Assembly: GCA_035267125.1 (NCBI GenBank)
Contig: DATFMD010000380.1
Location: 1 to 52,013 of the forward strand
From: Nitriliruptoraceae bacterium
Lineage (GTDB): Bacteria > Actinomycetota > Nitriliruptoria > Nitriliruptorales > Nitriliruptoraceae
DNA length: 52,013 nucleotides
Direction of reading: 5' to 3'
The notes under the pieces were generated by a model. It saw only the letters and a list, made by a program, of their open reading frames with translations, had not been told where the DNA came from and ran no database searches. A program made the translations under genes and the position numbers. Below are positions 1-9,007 of the stretch, one piece after another; position 1 is the first letter of the stretch; each line of letters opens with the position of its first letter.

Positions 1-40
1 ATGCTGCCCACCTCCCCGTGGGTCGTCCGCTCGCGCGTCC

Positions 41-46
41 AGTGTA
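41..46 (-). promoter_or_regulatory. Putative -10 box (TACACT) for a minus-strand gene starting at the left window edge
   Basis: Reverse complement of 41-46 is TACACT. Reverse complement of 1-15 reads GGAGGTGGGCAGCAT, i.e. an RBS followed by the AT of a start codon cut by the window edge. Confidence 0.4.
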
Positions 47-63
47 GGAAGCTGCTGCCCACG

Positions 64-109
64 ATCCCCAACGTGGGGGATTGGCGAGGTCCAGGCTGCC
101 GCGTAGGGT
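64..109 (+). promoter_or_regulatory. Sigma70-type promoter TTGGCG-N17-TAGGGT with an adjacent near-palindromic operator
   Basis: TTGGCG at 81-86 and TAGGGT at 104-109, 17-nt spacer. ATCCCCAACGTGGGGGAT (64-81) is a 16/18 palindrome abutting the -35. RBS GGAGG plus ATG follow at 135-147. Confidence 0.5.
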
Positions 110-144
110 TGCCCCACGGACTCGACGACGGGGGGGAGGCACCG

Positions 145-359
145 ATGGAGACGGCGACGCACAGAAACGCGGTTCGCGCGATCACGCGGACAAGATCTCG
201 ACCCCGGCGCAGTTCGAGAGCTTCGCGCGCCAACTCGGAGCGCCGATGGACCATGCTGGCCTGCCCGAACCCGTCGAGATCGATCCGGCCAGGGTGGCCG
301 AGGTGTGTGCGGAGTACCAGATCGAGATCCTCGGCCCGCCTCCGCCCCCACTGGACTGA
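145..359 (+). pseudogene. Probable internally deleted cupin-domain (quercetin dioxygenase-like) gene remnant
   Basis: RBS plus ATG at 145 (METATHRNAVRAITR) is in a different frame from the segment ~192-359 (ISTPAQFESFARQLGAP...DPARVAEVCAEYQIEILGPPPP). That segment resembles the C-terminal tail of actinobacterial cupin proteins, and no cupin barrel is present. Confidence 0.5.
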
Positions 360-405
360 CCACGAGATTGTCGCGCGGGGGAACCGGGCAGGGTGCGGAC
401 AGGCG

Positions 406-449
406 CATCGACGCGAGGTCGCGGGAACTTCCCGCGACCTCGCGCGATG
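406..449. terminator. Strong GC-rich inverted repeat (hairpin)
   Basis: CGCGAGGTCGCGGGAA-C-TTCCCGCGACCTCGCG (412-444) has perfect 16-bp arms, extended by CATCG/CGATG. It is intergenic and has no U-tract. Confidence 0.55.
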
Positions 450-517
450 TCGGGGACCTCGCTGACTACCGTGGACGTCGTCGGCCACCGGGTCGCCGTC
501 GAACCAGGGAGGACTGC

Positions 518-1393
518 GTGAAGCCACCACCGTTTCGGTACGTCGCGCCCACCACGGTCGATGCCGCGGTGTCCGCACTGGCCGAGGCCGGTCCCGGGGC
601 CAAGGTGATGGCCGGTGGCCAGAGCCTGGTGCCACTGCTCAACATGCGCCTGGCCCGACCGTCGACCGTCGTCGACATCAACCGTGTCGAGGGCCTCGAC
701 GAGGTCACGGTGACCGAGGACGCGGTCGTGGTCGGCGCGACGGCGCGGCACGCCGACGTGCTTGCAGATCCTGACGTGGCCTCGGCGCTGCCCGTGCTGG
801 GCCAGGCGATCCGCCACGTCGCCCACCAGGTGATTCGCAATCGCGGCACGGTCGTCGGGTCCATCGTGCACGCCGATCCGGCCGCGGAACTGCCGGCGGT
901 GCTGGCCCTCGTGGACGGCACCGTGCAACTGGTCGGGCCGAATGGTGCGCGTGAGATCGGAGTGGACGACTTCTTCGTCGCGCCGATGGAGTCGGCGATT
1001 CACCACGACGAAGTGGCGGTCAGCGTCACGTTTCCGCGGCTGCCGGCATCGACGCGCACGGCCGTGCACGAACTCGCGCGTCGCCATGGTGACTACGCCA
1101 TGGCGGGCGTCGTTGTCGCCGTGGACGTTGTCGACGACACCGTGGCAGGTGCCCGCTGCGCGTTCATCGGTGTGACCGATGTCCCCGGCGTCGTCGACCT
1201 GGGTCCGGACCTGGGTGGCCAACCGACTGCGGATCTCGACACCGCTGCGGCGATGGCCACCGCCCGAGACGCGATCGATCCCGCCGACGACATCCATGCG
1301 TCCGCCGACTATCGCCGTCACCTCGCCGGTGTGCTGCTGGACCGGGCGCTGCGCGACGCGGTGGGCCTCCCGACCCAGGAGGTGGCGGCATGA
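518..1393 (+). CDS. Molybdenum hydroxylase FAD-binding (medium, CoxM/CutM-like) subunit
   Basis: GTG at 518 after GGAGG. Motifs KPPPFRY, AGGQSLVPLLNMRLARP, IRNRGTVVGSIVHADPAAE, RRHGDYA, DIHASADYRRHL. Confidence 0.93.
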   Translation: MKPPPFRYVAPTTVDAAVSALAEAGPGAKVMAGGQSLVPLLNMRLARPSTVVDINRVEGLDEVTVTEDAVVVGATARHADVLADPDVASALPVLGQAIRHVAHQVIRNRGTVVGSIVHADPAAELPAVLALVDGTVQLVGPNGAREIGVDDFFVAPMESAIHHDEVAVSVTFPRLPASTRTAVHELARRHGDYAMAGVVVAVDVVDDTVAGARCAFIGVTDVPGVVDLGPDLGGQPTADLDTAAAMATARDAIDPADDIHASADYRRHLAGVLLDRALRDAVGLPTQEVAA

Positions 1394-2229
1394 CCACCTC
1401 GGCCACGTCCGGTGCCGGGCTCGACGAGTCCGTCCACACCGTCAGCCTGATGGTCAACGGACGCCTGCGCAGTGCCACCGTGCCGGCCCGCCGATTGCTC
1501 AGCGACTTCCTGCGCCACGACCTCGGCCTGACCGGCACCCATGTCGGCTGCGAGCACGGGGTGTGTGGCTGCTGCACCGTGCTGGTCAACGGCGGCGCCG
1601 TGCGTGCCTGCCTCTTGCTGGCCGTCGGCGTGGACGGGATGGAGGTGACGACCATCGAGGGGTTGGCGGCCGCGGACGGCGGGCTGCACCCGGTCCAACA
1701 GGCCTTCCACGATCATCACGGCCTCCAGTGCGGATTCTGCACCGCGGGCATGGTCATGAGTGCTTGCGATTTCCTGGCGACCAACCCCGACCCGACGCGC
1801 GAGGAGGTGCGGGTCGGCATCAGCGGCAACCTGTGTCGCTGCACCGGCTACCAGAACATCGTCGACGCCGTCGAGGCCGCCGCGGTCGCCGTGCGCGAGT
1901 CGGGCATGGACCCGCGGGCTCGATGCCCACGGTCAGAGGCCGGCGATGCCGGTGTCGGGGCGCGAGCACGTGCCGGACTGGGGGCCACCCCCAACGTGTC
2001 CGGCACCAGTGGACGTGGGCCCCACGGCCAGGGCGGTCCGGCCCACCACGACGGTGCTGCCGGGGAGGACACGGCCGCCGATGTCACGGCCGGGGACGAC
2101 TCGGGCGACGCCGGCACGGCCGACGGTGGCGCAGACGAAGGTGGCGCAGACGACGGTGGCGCAGACGACGGTGGCGCAGACGACGGTGGTCTGGGTGATG
2201 ACGGCGGCGAGGACGGGGCCGGACGATGA
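1390..2229 (+). CDS. Molybdenum hydroxylase [2Fe-2S] (small, CoxS-like) subunit with long acidic C-terminal tail
   Basis: [12 protein letters not shown]...C, QCGFCTAG and GNLCRCTGY motifs. ATGA overlaps with both neighbouring genes. Confidence 0.92.
   Translation: MTTSATSGAGLDESVHTVSLMVNGRLRSATVPARRLLSDFLRHDLGLTGTHVGCEHGVCGCCTVLVNGGAVRACLLLAVGVDGMEVTTIEGLAAADGGLHPVQQAFHDHHGLQCGFCTAGMVMSACDFLATNPDPTREEVRVGISGNLCRCTGYQNIVDAVEAAAVAVRESGMDPRARCPRSEAGDAGVGARARAGLGATPNVSGTSGRGPHGQGGPAHHDGAAGEDTAADVTAGDDSGDAGTADGGADEGGADDGGADDGGADDGGLGDDGGEDGAGR
2122..2190 (+). repeat. 15-bp tandem repeat (GACGGTGGCGCAGAC, ~4.6 copies) encoding (DGGAD)n
   Basis: Units at 2122, 2137 (one mismatch), 2152, 2167 and a partial unit at 2182. 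Confidence 0.9.
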
Positions 2230-4622
2230 CGACGAAACTGTTCGGTTCCCCGATCAAGCGCAAGGAGGATCGGCGCCTGCTCACCGGTCTGGGTCGCTAC
2301 GTCGACGACCTTTCCCACGACGCCTGGGAGGTCGCGATCGTGCGCAGCCCCCATGCGCACGCGACGATCGTGGACATCGACGTGACCGACGCACTCGATG
2401 TCGAGGACCTCGTCGCGATCTACACCTACGACGACCTGCCTCCGCGCATGCAGCAGGCCATGCCCCTGCTGATCCCGCACCCCGCCCTGACCGCCCCGCG
2501 CACCCAGTTCACGCTCGCCAACGACGAGGTCAACCACGTCGGCGAGGCGATCGCGATGGTGGTTGCCCGCAATCGCTACGCCGCCGAGGATGCCGCCGAG
2601 CGCATCCATGTGGACTACGAGTTCCGCACCCCGGTGGTGGGTGTCGAGAAGGCTGCGGCCGCCGCCGACGCCGTGCACTCCCACATCCCCGACAACGTCG
2701 CAGCCAACCTGGTCCAGGAGATCGGCGACGCCCGCGCGGCCATCGACGCCGCACCCCACACGCTCGAGTTCCGACTGGACATCGAGCGCTCTGCCTCAAC
2801 GCCACTGGAGACGCGCGGGGTCTACGCCCGCTGGGATGCGGACGAGGGCCACATGCGGCTGTACTCGTCGACCCAGGCGCCGACCTCGGTGCGGGCGGCC
2901 GTCGCCACCATCCTCGAGATGGACTTCCAGAAGGTCGAGTGCATCGCCCCGGACGTCGGTGGGGGCTTCGGCGTCAAGATCATGCATCCGTGGCCCGAGG
3001 AGGTCCTGGTGCCGTGGGCGGCCACCCTGCTCGGCCACGACGTCAAGTTCACCGAGGACCGCCGCGAGCACTTCGTCTCGGCCAACCACGAACGCGAGCA
3101 GGTCCACCACCTCGAGGTCGGGTTCGACGACGACGGGCGCATCCTGGGGATCGACTTCACGATCCTGCACGACCACGGCGCCTACATCCCGTACGGCCTG
3201 ATCGTCCCGATCATCACCTCGACCCAGTTCCTGGGTCCCTACGCGATCACCGACTACCGCGTCGAGTTCACGTCGCTGTACACCAACACGGTGCCGGTGA
3301 CGCCCTATCGCGGTGCCGGTCGTCCCCAGGGCGTGTTCGCGATGGAACGCCTGATGGACAAGGTCGCCGCGGCGCTGGGCAAGGACCGCACCGAGGTACG
3401 GGCGGTCAACCTGATCGCTCCCGACCAGATGCCCTACGCCTTCGGGCTGACGTTCCAGGACGGGCGGGACTACACCTACGACTCCGGCGACTTCCCGGCC
3501 TCGCTCGCCAAGCTGTTGGACCTGGTCGGCTGGGACGACTTCCCGGCCCGGCAGGAGGCTGCTCGTGCCGAGGGCCGGCTGCTGGGCATCGGCATGGCCG
3601 CCTACGTCGAGGGCACCGGTGTCGGTCCCTACGAGGGTGGTCACGTGCTGGTGGAACCGACCGGCAAGGTCCAGGTGGCCACGGGGCTGTCCAGCCAGGG
3701 CCAGGGCCACGAGACCGTCTTCGCCCAGATCGTCGGCGACATCCTGGGCGTGCCGATCGAGGACGTCGAGGTCGTGGTCGGCGACTCGTCGCGGATGCAG
3801 TACGCGGTCGGCACGTTCGCCTCTCGCGCCGCGGTCATGTCGGGCAACGCCATCGGGCTGGCGGCCAACAAGGTGCGAGAGAAGGCGCTGTCGCTGGCTG
3901 CCGACGCCCTTGAGGTGGACCCCGCCGACCTCGAACTGGCCGACGGGCAGGTGCGGGTGAAGGGTGCTCCCGAGACGGGACTGGCACTCAAGATGCTGGC
4001 GACGCTGTCGAACCCGTTGCGCTACGCCTTCGACGAGGACGCCACCGCCGCGACCCAGTTCGCCTCGACGCCGGATCCCGACACGCCTCCGGTGCCTGCC
4101 GGGTTCGCGCCGGGACTCGAGGGCACCGACTTCTACTCGCCGGTGCGCTCGACCTTCGCCAACGGCATGCACGCCGTGGTCGTGGAGGTGGACCCCGAAA
4201 CCTCGGCCGTCGAGATCCTCACCTACGCGGTCGTCCACGACTGTGGGAGGTTGATCAACCCGTTGATCGTGGAGGGACAGGTGCACGGCGGGGTCGGCCA
4301 GGGGGTCGGCGGGGCGCTGTACGAACGGATGGCGTACGACGAGCACGGCCAACTGCTCAACGCCTCGTTCATGGACTTCCTGATGCCGTACGCCACCGAG
4401 GTGCCGGCGACCATCGACATCGACCATCTCGAGACGCCGTCACCGCTGAATCCCCTTGGCATCAAGGGTGCGGGGGAGGCGGGCGTGATCCCGTCGGCCG
4501 CGGTGTTCGCGTCGGCCATCGAGGATGCCGTCGGCGTGACGATCGACGCGATGCCCATCTCGCCGTCGCAACTGCACGAGTTGCGACTCGTGCAGGCAGA
4601 CCAATCCCAGGAGTCGCCATGA
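2226..4622 (+). CDS. cutA: Xanthine dehydrogenase-family molybdopterin-binding large subunit (CutA/CoxL-like, not form I CODH)
   Basis: EDRRLLTGLGRYVDD, GGGFGVK, PYRGAGRP, QGQGHET, HDCGRLINP, KGAGE. The form I AYxCSFR loop is absent. Confidence 0.9.
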   Translation: MTTKLFGSPIKRKEDRRLLTGLGRYVDDLSHDAWEVAIVRSPHAHATIVDIDVTDALDVEDLVAIYTYDDLPPRMQQAMPLLIPHPALTAPRTQFTLANDEVNHVGEAIAMVVARNRYAAEDAAERIHVDYEFRTPVVGVEKAAAAADAVHSHIPDNVAANLVQEIGDARAAIDAAPHTLEFRLDIERSASTPLETRGVYARWDADEGHMRLYSSTQAPTSVRAAVATILEMDFQKVECIAPDVGGGFGVKIMHPWPEEVLVPWAATLLGHDVKFTEDRREHFVSANHEREQVHHLEVGFDDDGRILGIDFTILHDHGAYIPYGLIVPIITSTQFLGPYAITDYRVEFTSLYTNTVPVTPYRGAGRPQGVFAMERLMDKVAAALGKDRTEVRAVNLIAPDQMPYAFGLTFQDGRDYTYDSGDFPASLAKLLDLVGWDDFPARQEAARAEGRLLGIGMAAYVEGTGVGPYEGGHVLVEPTGKVQVATGLSSQGQGHETVFAQIVGDILGVPIEDVEVVVGDSSRMQYAVGTFASRAAVMSGNAIGLAANKVREKALSLAADALEVDPADLELADGQVRVKGAPETGLALKMLATLSNPLRYAFDEDATAATQFASTPDPDTPPVPAGFAPGLEGTDFYSPVRSTFANGMHAVVVEVDPETSAVEILTYAVVHDCGRLINPLIVEGQVHGGVGQGVGGALYERMAYDEHGQLLNASFMDFLMPYATEVPATIDIDHLETPSPLNPLGIKGAGEAGVIPSAAVFASAIEDAVGVTIDAMPISPSQLHELRLVQADQSQESP

Positions 4623-5251
4623 AGATCTCCGGTCGCAACACCATCGCCGCTCCGCCGCAGACCGTGTGGGATGCCATCAACGACCCGGCCGTGTTGGCCC
4701 GCACCCTGCCGGGATGTGAGTCGATGGAGGTCGTCGGCGACGGCGCCTACAAGGCCACGGTCACCGCAGGCGTCGCCTCGATCCGGGGGACCTACACCGG
4801 CACGGTCGTGCTGTCCGACCTCCAGGAGCCGGAGTCCCTGACGTTGGCGGCCCAGGGTGCCGGGTCGGCAGGGACGATCGGCGCGGACGTCGACGTGGTC
4901 CTGGAGGAGGAGGGGGACGCGACCGTGGTCGTGTGGGACGCCGAGGCGATCGTCGGCGGCACGATCGGTGGGGTGGGGCAGCGCATGTTGGCGGGTGTCT
5001 CCCAGCGGATGGCCGGCGAGTTCTTCGGCAACCTCGAGGACGACATCCTCAATGGCCCACCGGCGGTCGATGTCGCCCCAGGTGGCGAAGCCGACGCTGG
5101 TGCCGATCCCCGCGCGACCGGGACGGTGTTCGCCGGGTCGGCAGGTGCCGCGCGTGCCGGTGGCGACGACACTGCTCGACTCGTCGGCGCGTTCCTCCTC
5201 GGAGCGGCCGTGGCACTGGTCGGGGTCCTGGTGGGTCGTCGAACCCGTTGA
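4619..5251 (+). CDS. CoxG-like SRPBCC protein with C-terminal membrane anchor
   Basis: VWDAINDPAVLARTLPGCESM and GGTIGGVGQRML motifs, hydrophobic C-terminus LVGAFLLGAAVALVGVLVGRR, ATGA-coupled to the large subunit. Confidence 0.85.
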   Translation: MKISGRNTIAAPPQTVWDAINDPAVLARTLPGCESMEVVGDGAYKATVTAGVASIRGTYTGTVVLSDLQEPESLTLAAQGAGSAGTIGADVDVVLEEEGDATVVVWDAEAIVGGTIGGVGQRMLAGVSQRMAGEFFGNLEDDILNGPPAVDVAPGGEADAGADPRATGTVFAGSAGAARAGGDDTARLVGAFLLGAAVALVGVLVGRRTR

Positions 5252-5349
5252 CGGTCCCGGCGTGGGCACGTCCTGCGCCAGCTCCGTCCTGCGCCACCTA
5301 CCATTGGGTCCTTCGTTGCCCCGCAGCCCGTCTCACGTTGGAGGCCAGG

Positions 5350-5844
5350 GTGTCCAGTACGAGCCACGTCGTGGTGGTCGGCCAAATGGGAGTGGGCAAG
5401 TCGACGTTGGCGCAGGGACTTGCCGATGCGCTGGGCAGGAAGCACCTCGACTCGGACGTGTGGATCGAGGAGGCGACCGGCGTGACGGGCCGCGAGGTGG
5501 CACGGCGAGACGGCGTCGATGCCCTGCACGACCTGGAGGTGGCAACCCTGGTCCGCCAACTTCGCGAGCCCACTCCGGCCGTCGTGTCGGCGGCGGCCGC
5601 GGTCGTTGACGACGAGGCGGGGCGCGATGTCCTCGAGGCACCGGTCGTGGTGTGGCTCGACCTCTCGGTGGAGGCGCTGATGGCGCGACTCGAGCTGGGG
5701 CGCCATCGACGGAGGATTGCGGCGCAAGAGATGCGCGTGCTCGATGCCCGCCGTCGGCCCCTTCTCGAAGCCATTGCCGACCACCGCCTCGATGGCGGCC
5801 TGGCGCCCGACGAACTTCTGGCACGTGCCCTGGCGGTCCTGTAG
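5350..5844 (+). CDS. Shikimate kinase-like P-loop kinase (atypical)
   Basis: GTG at 5350 after GGAGG. Walker A GQMGVGKST, DSDVWIEEATG, VVWLD. Confidence 0.78.
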   Translation: MSSTSHVVVVGQMGVGKSTLAQGLADALGRKHLDSDVWIEEATGVTGREVARRDGVDALHDLEVATLVRQLREPTPAVVSAAAAVVDDEAGRDVLEAPVVVWLDLSVEALMARLELGRHRRRIAAQEMRVLDARRRPLLEAIADHRLDGGLAPDELLARALAVL

Positions 5845-6231
5845 ATGGACGTCTCCTTCGAGTGCGCAGCTCCGGCCGACGTTGCATGGGCGGTGAGCAG
5901 CGACCTGTCGCTGTGGCCGCGCTGGGGTCCCAGCGTGGTCGCGGTCGAACCTGCTGAGGGGACGGTGGTGGCCGGCCTGGAGGGCAGGGTGCGCACGCCG
6001 GTCGGGGTCTGGCTCCCCTTCGTCGTTGACACGATCGAGCCCGGCCGTCGCTGGACCTGGCGAGTGGCAGGGGTGCCCGCGACCGGTCACCGGGTGGATG
6101 CCGCGACGTCGTCGACCAGTCGACTCGTCATCGAGGTCCCCCTGTGGGCGGCTGCCTACGCCGTGGTGTGCCACGTGGGCCTGCGCCGACTGGCCGGACT
6201 GGTCGAGCAACGACACCGGGATGGTTCATGA
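5845..6231 (+). CDS. SRPBCC (polyketide cyclase/dehydrase-like) family protein
   Basis: APADVAWAVSSDLSLWPRWGP...PGRRWTWRV. The start directly abuts the kinase stop (TAG ATG). Confidence 0.75.
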   Translation: MDVSFECAAPADVAWAVSSDLSLWPRWGPSVVAVEPAEGTVVAGLEGRVRTPVGVWLPFVVDTIEPGRRWTWRVAGVPATGHRVDAATSSTSRLVIEVPLWAAAYAVVCHVGLRRLAGLVEQRHRDGS

Positions 6232-6285
6232 CCCGCAGGTCTGGACCTCGTGTCGCGATCGGACGACGCGACACGGTGCGACCAC

Positions 6286-7182
6286 CTACTCCGCCTCCAG
6301 GACCTGCCTGACCGCATCGTCCAGGTCCGTGCGGTCCCTGATGGTGCTCTCGGTGGGGAAACTGGACGTCAGGAAGTGCTGGGCGTAGGGAAAGCAGGCT
6401 GCCTCGAACGGTTCAGGGGCCAGGAACGATGCCCCGAAGGTGTTCTCATCGACGGTGACGTCGTCGAGCGGCAGCTGCAGGGCCTGGCGCATCTCGTCGG
6501 GGTCGAAGACCAGCCCGAACGGCACCGAGCCGGGGTCCATCAGGCGACCGCCGTAGTCGACCGACAGGTTGCCCTCGATCCACAGGCGTTGTTCGAGCGG
6601 CGTCATCGTTGCGGCCTCGAGGCTCGCGACGGTTGCGAGGCGGTTGGTTCCCGAAGCACCGGCCACGTCGATCAGCACCTCGCCCCGGTGGGTGGTCGTG
6701 ATCACCGAGCGGCTCGTCGTCGCCCCGGAGAAGCCCTGGCCGGGGTCGTAGTTGATCGTGTTGGATTCGTAGTCGCAGATGATCCACGACAGCATGCCGC
6801 TTCGCTGGTCCTCCGCGATGACGTACAGCTCCACCCGGCTGCCCCAGAACACCGAGGTGTGGATGTTGAACGCCCCGACGATCCCGCACGGTCGGGCCTC
6901 GGTGGTGTCGAAGATCGCGGCGGGGACGAGTTCGTAGTGCGGCGGCAGCTGTCGTCGTGCCGCCGCGACGTCGGTGAGTTCGTAGGTGAGGAAGAAGCAG
7001 TACGGCTCGACGACGAACCCGATGGACGGATCGTCGCCGCTGGCGCGATCGACGATGACTTTCTGGATGGCGACGGGCAGGCGGGCGAGCATCTCGGCCC
7101 GTTGGTACAGCCGGCCGACGTCACGGGGGCTGACCATCCCCTCCGTGCGTTCCACGAAGCGGTGCAGGTCGCGGGTGTCCAT
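6286..7182 (-). CDS. Hypothetical protein, possibly acetoacetate-decarboxylase-like beta-barrel fold
   Basis: Globular 298-aa ORF (MDTRDLHRF...) with GGAG RBS and typical codon usage. The fold guess rests only on the pattern TYELTDVAAARRQLPPHYEL...RVELYV. Confidence 0.7.
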   Translation of the reverse strand: MDTRDLHRFVERTEGMVSPRDVGRLYQRAEMLARLPVAIQKVIVDRASGDDPSIGFVVEPYCFFLTYELTDVAAARRQLPPHYELVPAAIFDTTEARPCGIVGAFNIHTSVFWGSRVELYVIAEDQRSGMLSWIICDYESNTINYDPGQGFSGATTSRSVITTTHRGEVLIDVAGASGTNRLATVASLEAATMTPLEQRLWIEGNLSVDYGGRLMDPGSVPFGLVFDPDEMRQALQLPLDDVTVDENTFGASFLAPEPFEAACFPYAQHFLTSSFPTESTIRDRTDLDDAVRQVLEAE

Positions 7183-7345
7183 GGGCGCTCCGGCGTCGGC
7201 ATGCGGCAGCCTACAGACGTCGCCACGACACACGCGTCGTGCGGAGGTGCAGTTGGTCCGTGTCGTGGGCACGGTGACGCGAGCGCCGGTGCGACGGTCC
7301 CAGGCGCCGTTCTCGCGCGTCTCGATGCTCGGTCACGCGTGCTGC

Positions 7346-9007
7346 TCAGTCTCCGAGTGCTGCAGCCGCTGCCCGCCCTGCGGCCCGTCCCGAGAACAGG
7401 CAGCCACCCAGGAACGTCCCTTCCAGGGAGCGGTAGCCGTGGTAGCCGCCGCCGCCGAAACCGGCGACCTCGCCGGCCGCGTACAGGCCGTCGAACACCT
7501 CGCCCCCCGGTCGCAGGACCTGGCTGTCGAGATTCGTCTCGAGACCACCCAGTGACTTGCGGGTCAGGATGTTCAGCTTGACGCCGATCAGCGGTCCATG
7601 GGCAGGATCGAGGATGCGATGGGGCGACGCGGTGCGGATCAGGCGATCGCCGCGGTAGTTGCGCGCGGAGCGAATCGCCGCGATCTGCAGGTCCTTGCCG
7701 AAGTCGTTCGCCAGGTCCCGATCGCGCTGCTGGACCTGCCGTCGGACGTGGTCGAAGTCCAGGTGGGGCGCCTCGGTCAGGTCGTTCATCCCCGCCACGA
7801 GTGCTTCGAGGTTGTCACGGACCACGAAGTCGACGCCGTGCTCCTTGAATGCCTCGACCGGGCCGGGAGCGTGGTCGCGGTCCAGCGCGCGTTGGGCGAC
7901 GCCCCGGATGCTCTTGCCGGTCAGGTCGGGGTTCTGTTCCGAGCCCGACAGCGCGAACTCCTTGGTGATGATGGACTGGTTGAGGAGGAACCAGGAGTGG
8001 TCGTGTCCGGTGGTGCGCAGATGTGCCAGCGTGCCCAGGGTGTCGTGGCCCGGGAACAGTGGCACGGGCAACCGGGTCCCGTTGCCGTCCAGCCACAATG
8101 ACGACGGACCCGGCAGGACGCGGATGCCGTGGCCGGGCCAGATCGGGTCGAAGTTCTCGATGCCCTCGACGTAGTGCCACATGCGGTCGCTGTTGACCAG
8201 GCTCGCGCCGGCGTCGTGGGTGATGCCGAGCATGCGCCCGTCGACGTGGTCGGGCACGCCGGTCACCATGCGTTGGGGGGGCGTTCCCAGCCGTGACGGC
8301 CAGGCCTTGCGGACCAGGTCGTGGTTGCCGCCGATGCCACCGGCCGTGACGATGACGACCGGGGCCGACAACTCGAACGCCCCGACTTCGACGCGCGACG
8401 ACTTCGCGCCTCGCTCGACCGCGTCATGTTCCAGCACGGCGCCGGCCACCCCCGCAGCAGCGCCGTCGGTGACCAGCAGTTCGTCGACGCGATGGCGAAA
8501 CCGCACGTCGGCCAGGCCCGCGTCGACGGCCGCCTCGAGTCGCTGCACGAATGGCTCCAGCAGTCCGGGCCCGGTGCCCCAGACGATGTGGAATCGAGGG
8601 ACGGTGTTGCCCGGACCATCGGAACTGCCCCCGCCGCGTTCGGCCCAGCCGACGATGGGGAAGAACGAGATGTCGCGCTCGAGCAACCACGCCCGCTTCT
8701 CGCCGGCGGCCCAGTCGACGTAGGCCGAGGCCCACTTGCGCGGCCAGGCGTCCTCGTCGCGATCGAAGCCGGCGGTGTTCATCCAGTCCGCCATCGCCAG
8801 TTCGTAGCCGTCCTTGATGCCCATGCGACGTTGCTCGGGGGAGTCGACGAGGAAGAGCCCACCGAACGACCAGAACGCCTGGCCGCCCAGGGACTGGGGC
8901 GGTTCCTGGTCGAGCAGGATGACGCGACGCCCGGCGTCGGTCAGTTCCAGTGTTGCCACCAGTCCCGCGAGGCCACCTCCCACCACGATTGCGTCGGCAT
9001 CGGTCAT
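7346..9007 (-). CDS. FAD-binding dehydrogenase (KsdD/fumarate-reductase-like superfamily)
   Basis: Start MTDADAIVVGGGLAGL after AAGGA. LGGQAFWSFGG, PRFHIVWGTGPG, RKSLGGLETN, GLYAAGEVAGFGGGG, LEGTFLGGCLFSGR. Confidence 0.9.
   Translation of the reverse strand: MTDADAIVVGGGLAGLVATLELTDAGRRVILLDQEPPQSLGGQAFWSFGGLFLVDSPEQRRMGIKDGYELAMADWMNTAGFDRDEDAWPRKWASAYVDWAAGEKRAWLLERDISFFPIVGWAERGGGSSDGPGNTVPRFHIVWGTGPGLLEPFVQRLEAAVDAGLADVRFRHRVDELLVTDGAAAGVAGAVLEHDAVERGAKSSRVEVGAFELSAPVVIVTAGGIGGNHDLVRKAWPSRLGTPPQRMVTGVPDHVDGRMLGITHDAGASLVNSDRMWHYVEGIENFDPIWPGHGIRVLPGPSSLWLDGNGTRLPVPLFPGHDTLGTLAHLRTTGHDHSWFLLNQSIITKEFALSGSEQNPDLTGKSIRGVAQRALDRDHAPGPVEAFKEHGVDFVVRDNLEALVAGMNDLTEAPHLDFDHVRRQVQQRDRDLANDFGKDLQIAAIRSARNYRGDRLIRTASPHRILDPAHGPLIGVKLNILTRKSLGGLETNLDSQVLRPGGEVFDGLYAAGEVAGFGGGGYHGYRSLEGTFLGGCLFSGRAAGRAAAAALGD

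Noticed and set aside
1760-3913. 717-aa plus-strand alternative-frame ORF and similar Arg/Pro-rich ORFs throughout
   Set aside because: Off-frame artefacts of high GC overlapping well-supported genes.
2226-4622. True aerobic CO dehydrogenase (form I coxL)
   Set aside because: Lacks the AYxCSFR Cu-ligand loop.
4933-5349. Long N-terminal extension of the kinase ORF
   Set aside because: Overlaps the CoxG-like gene. GGAGG plus GTG at 5350 directly precedes the P-loop.
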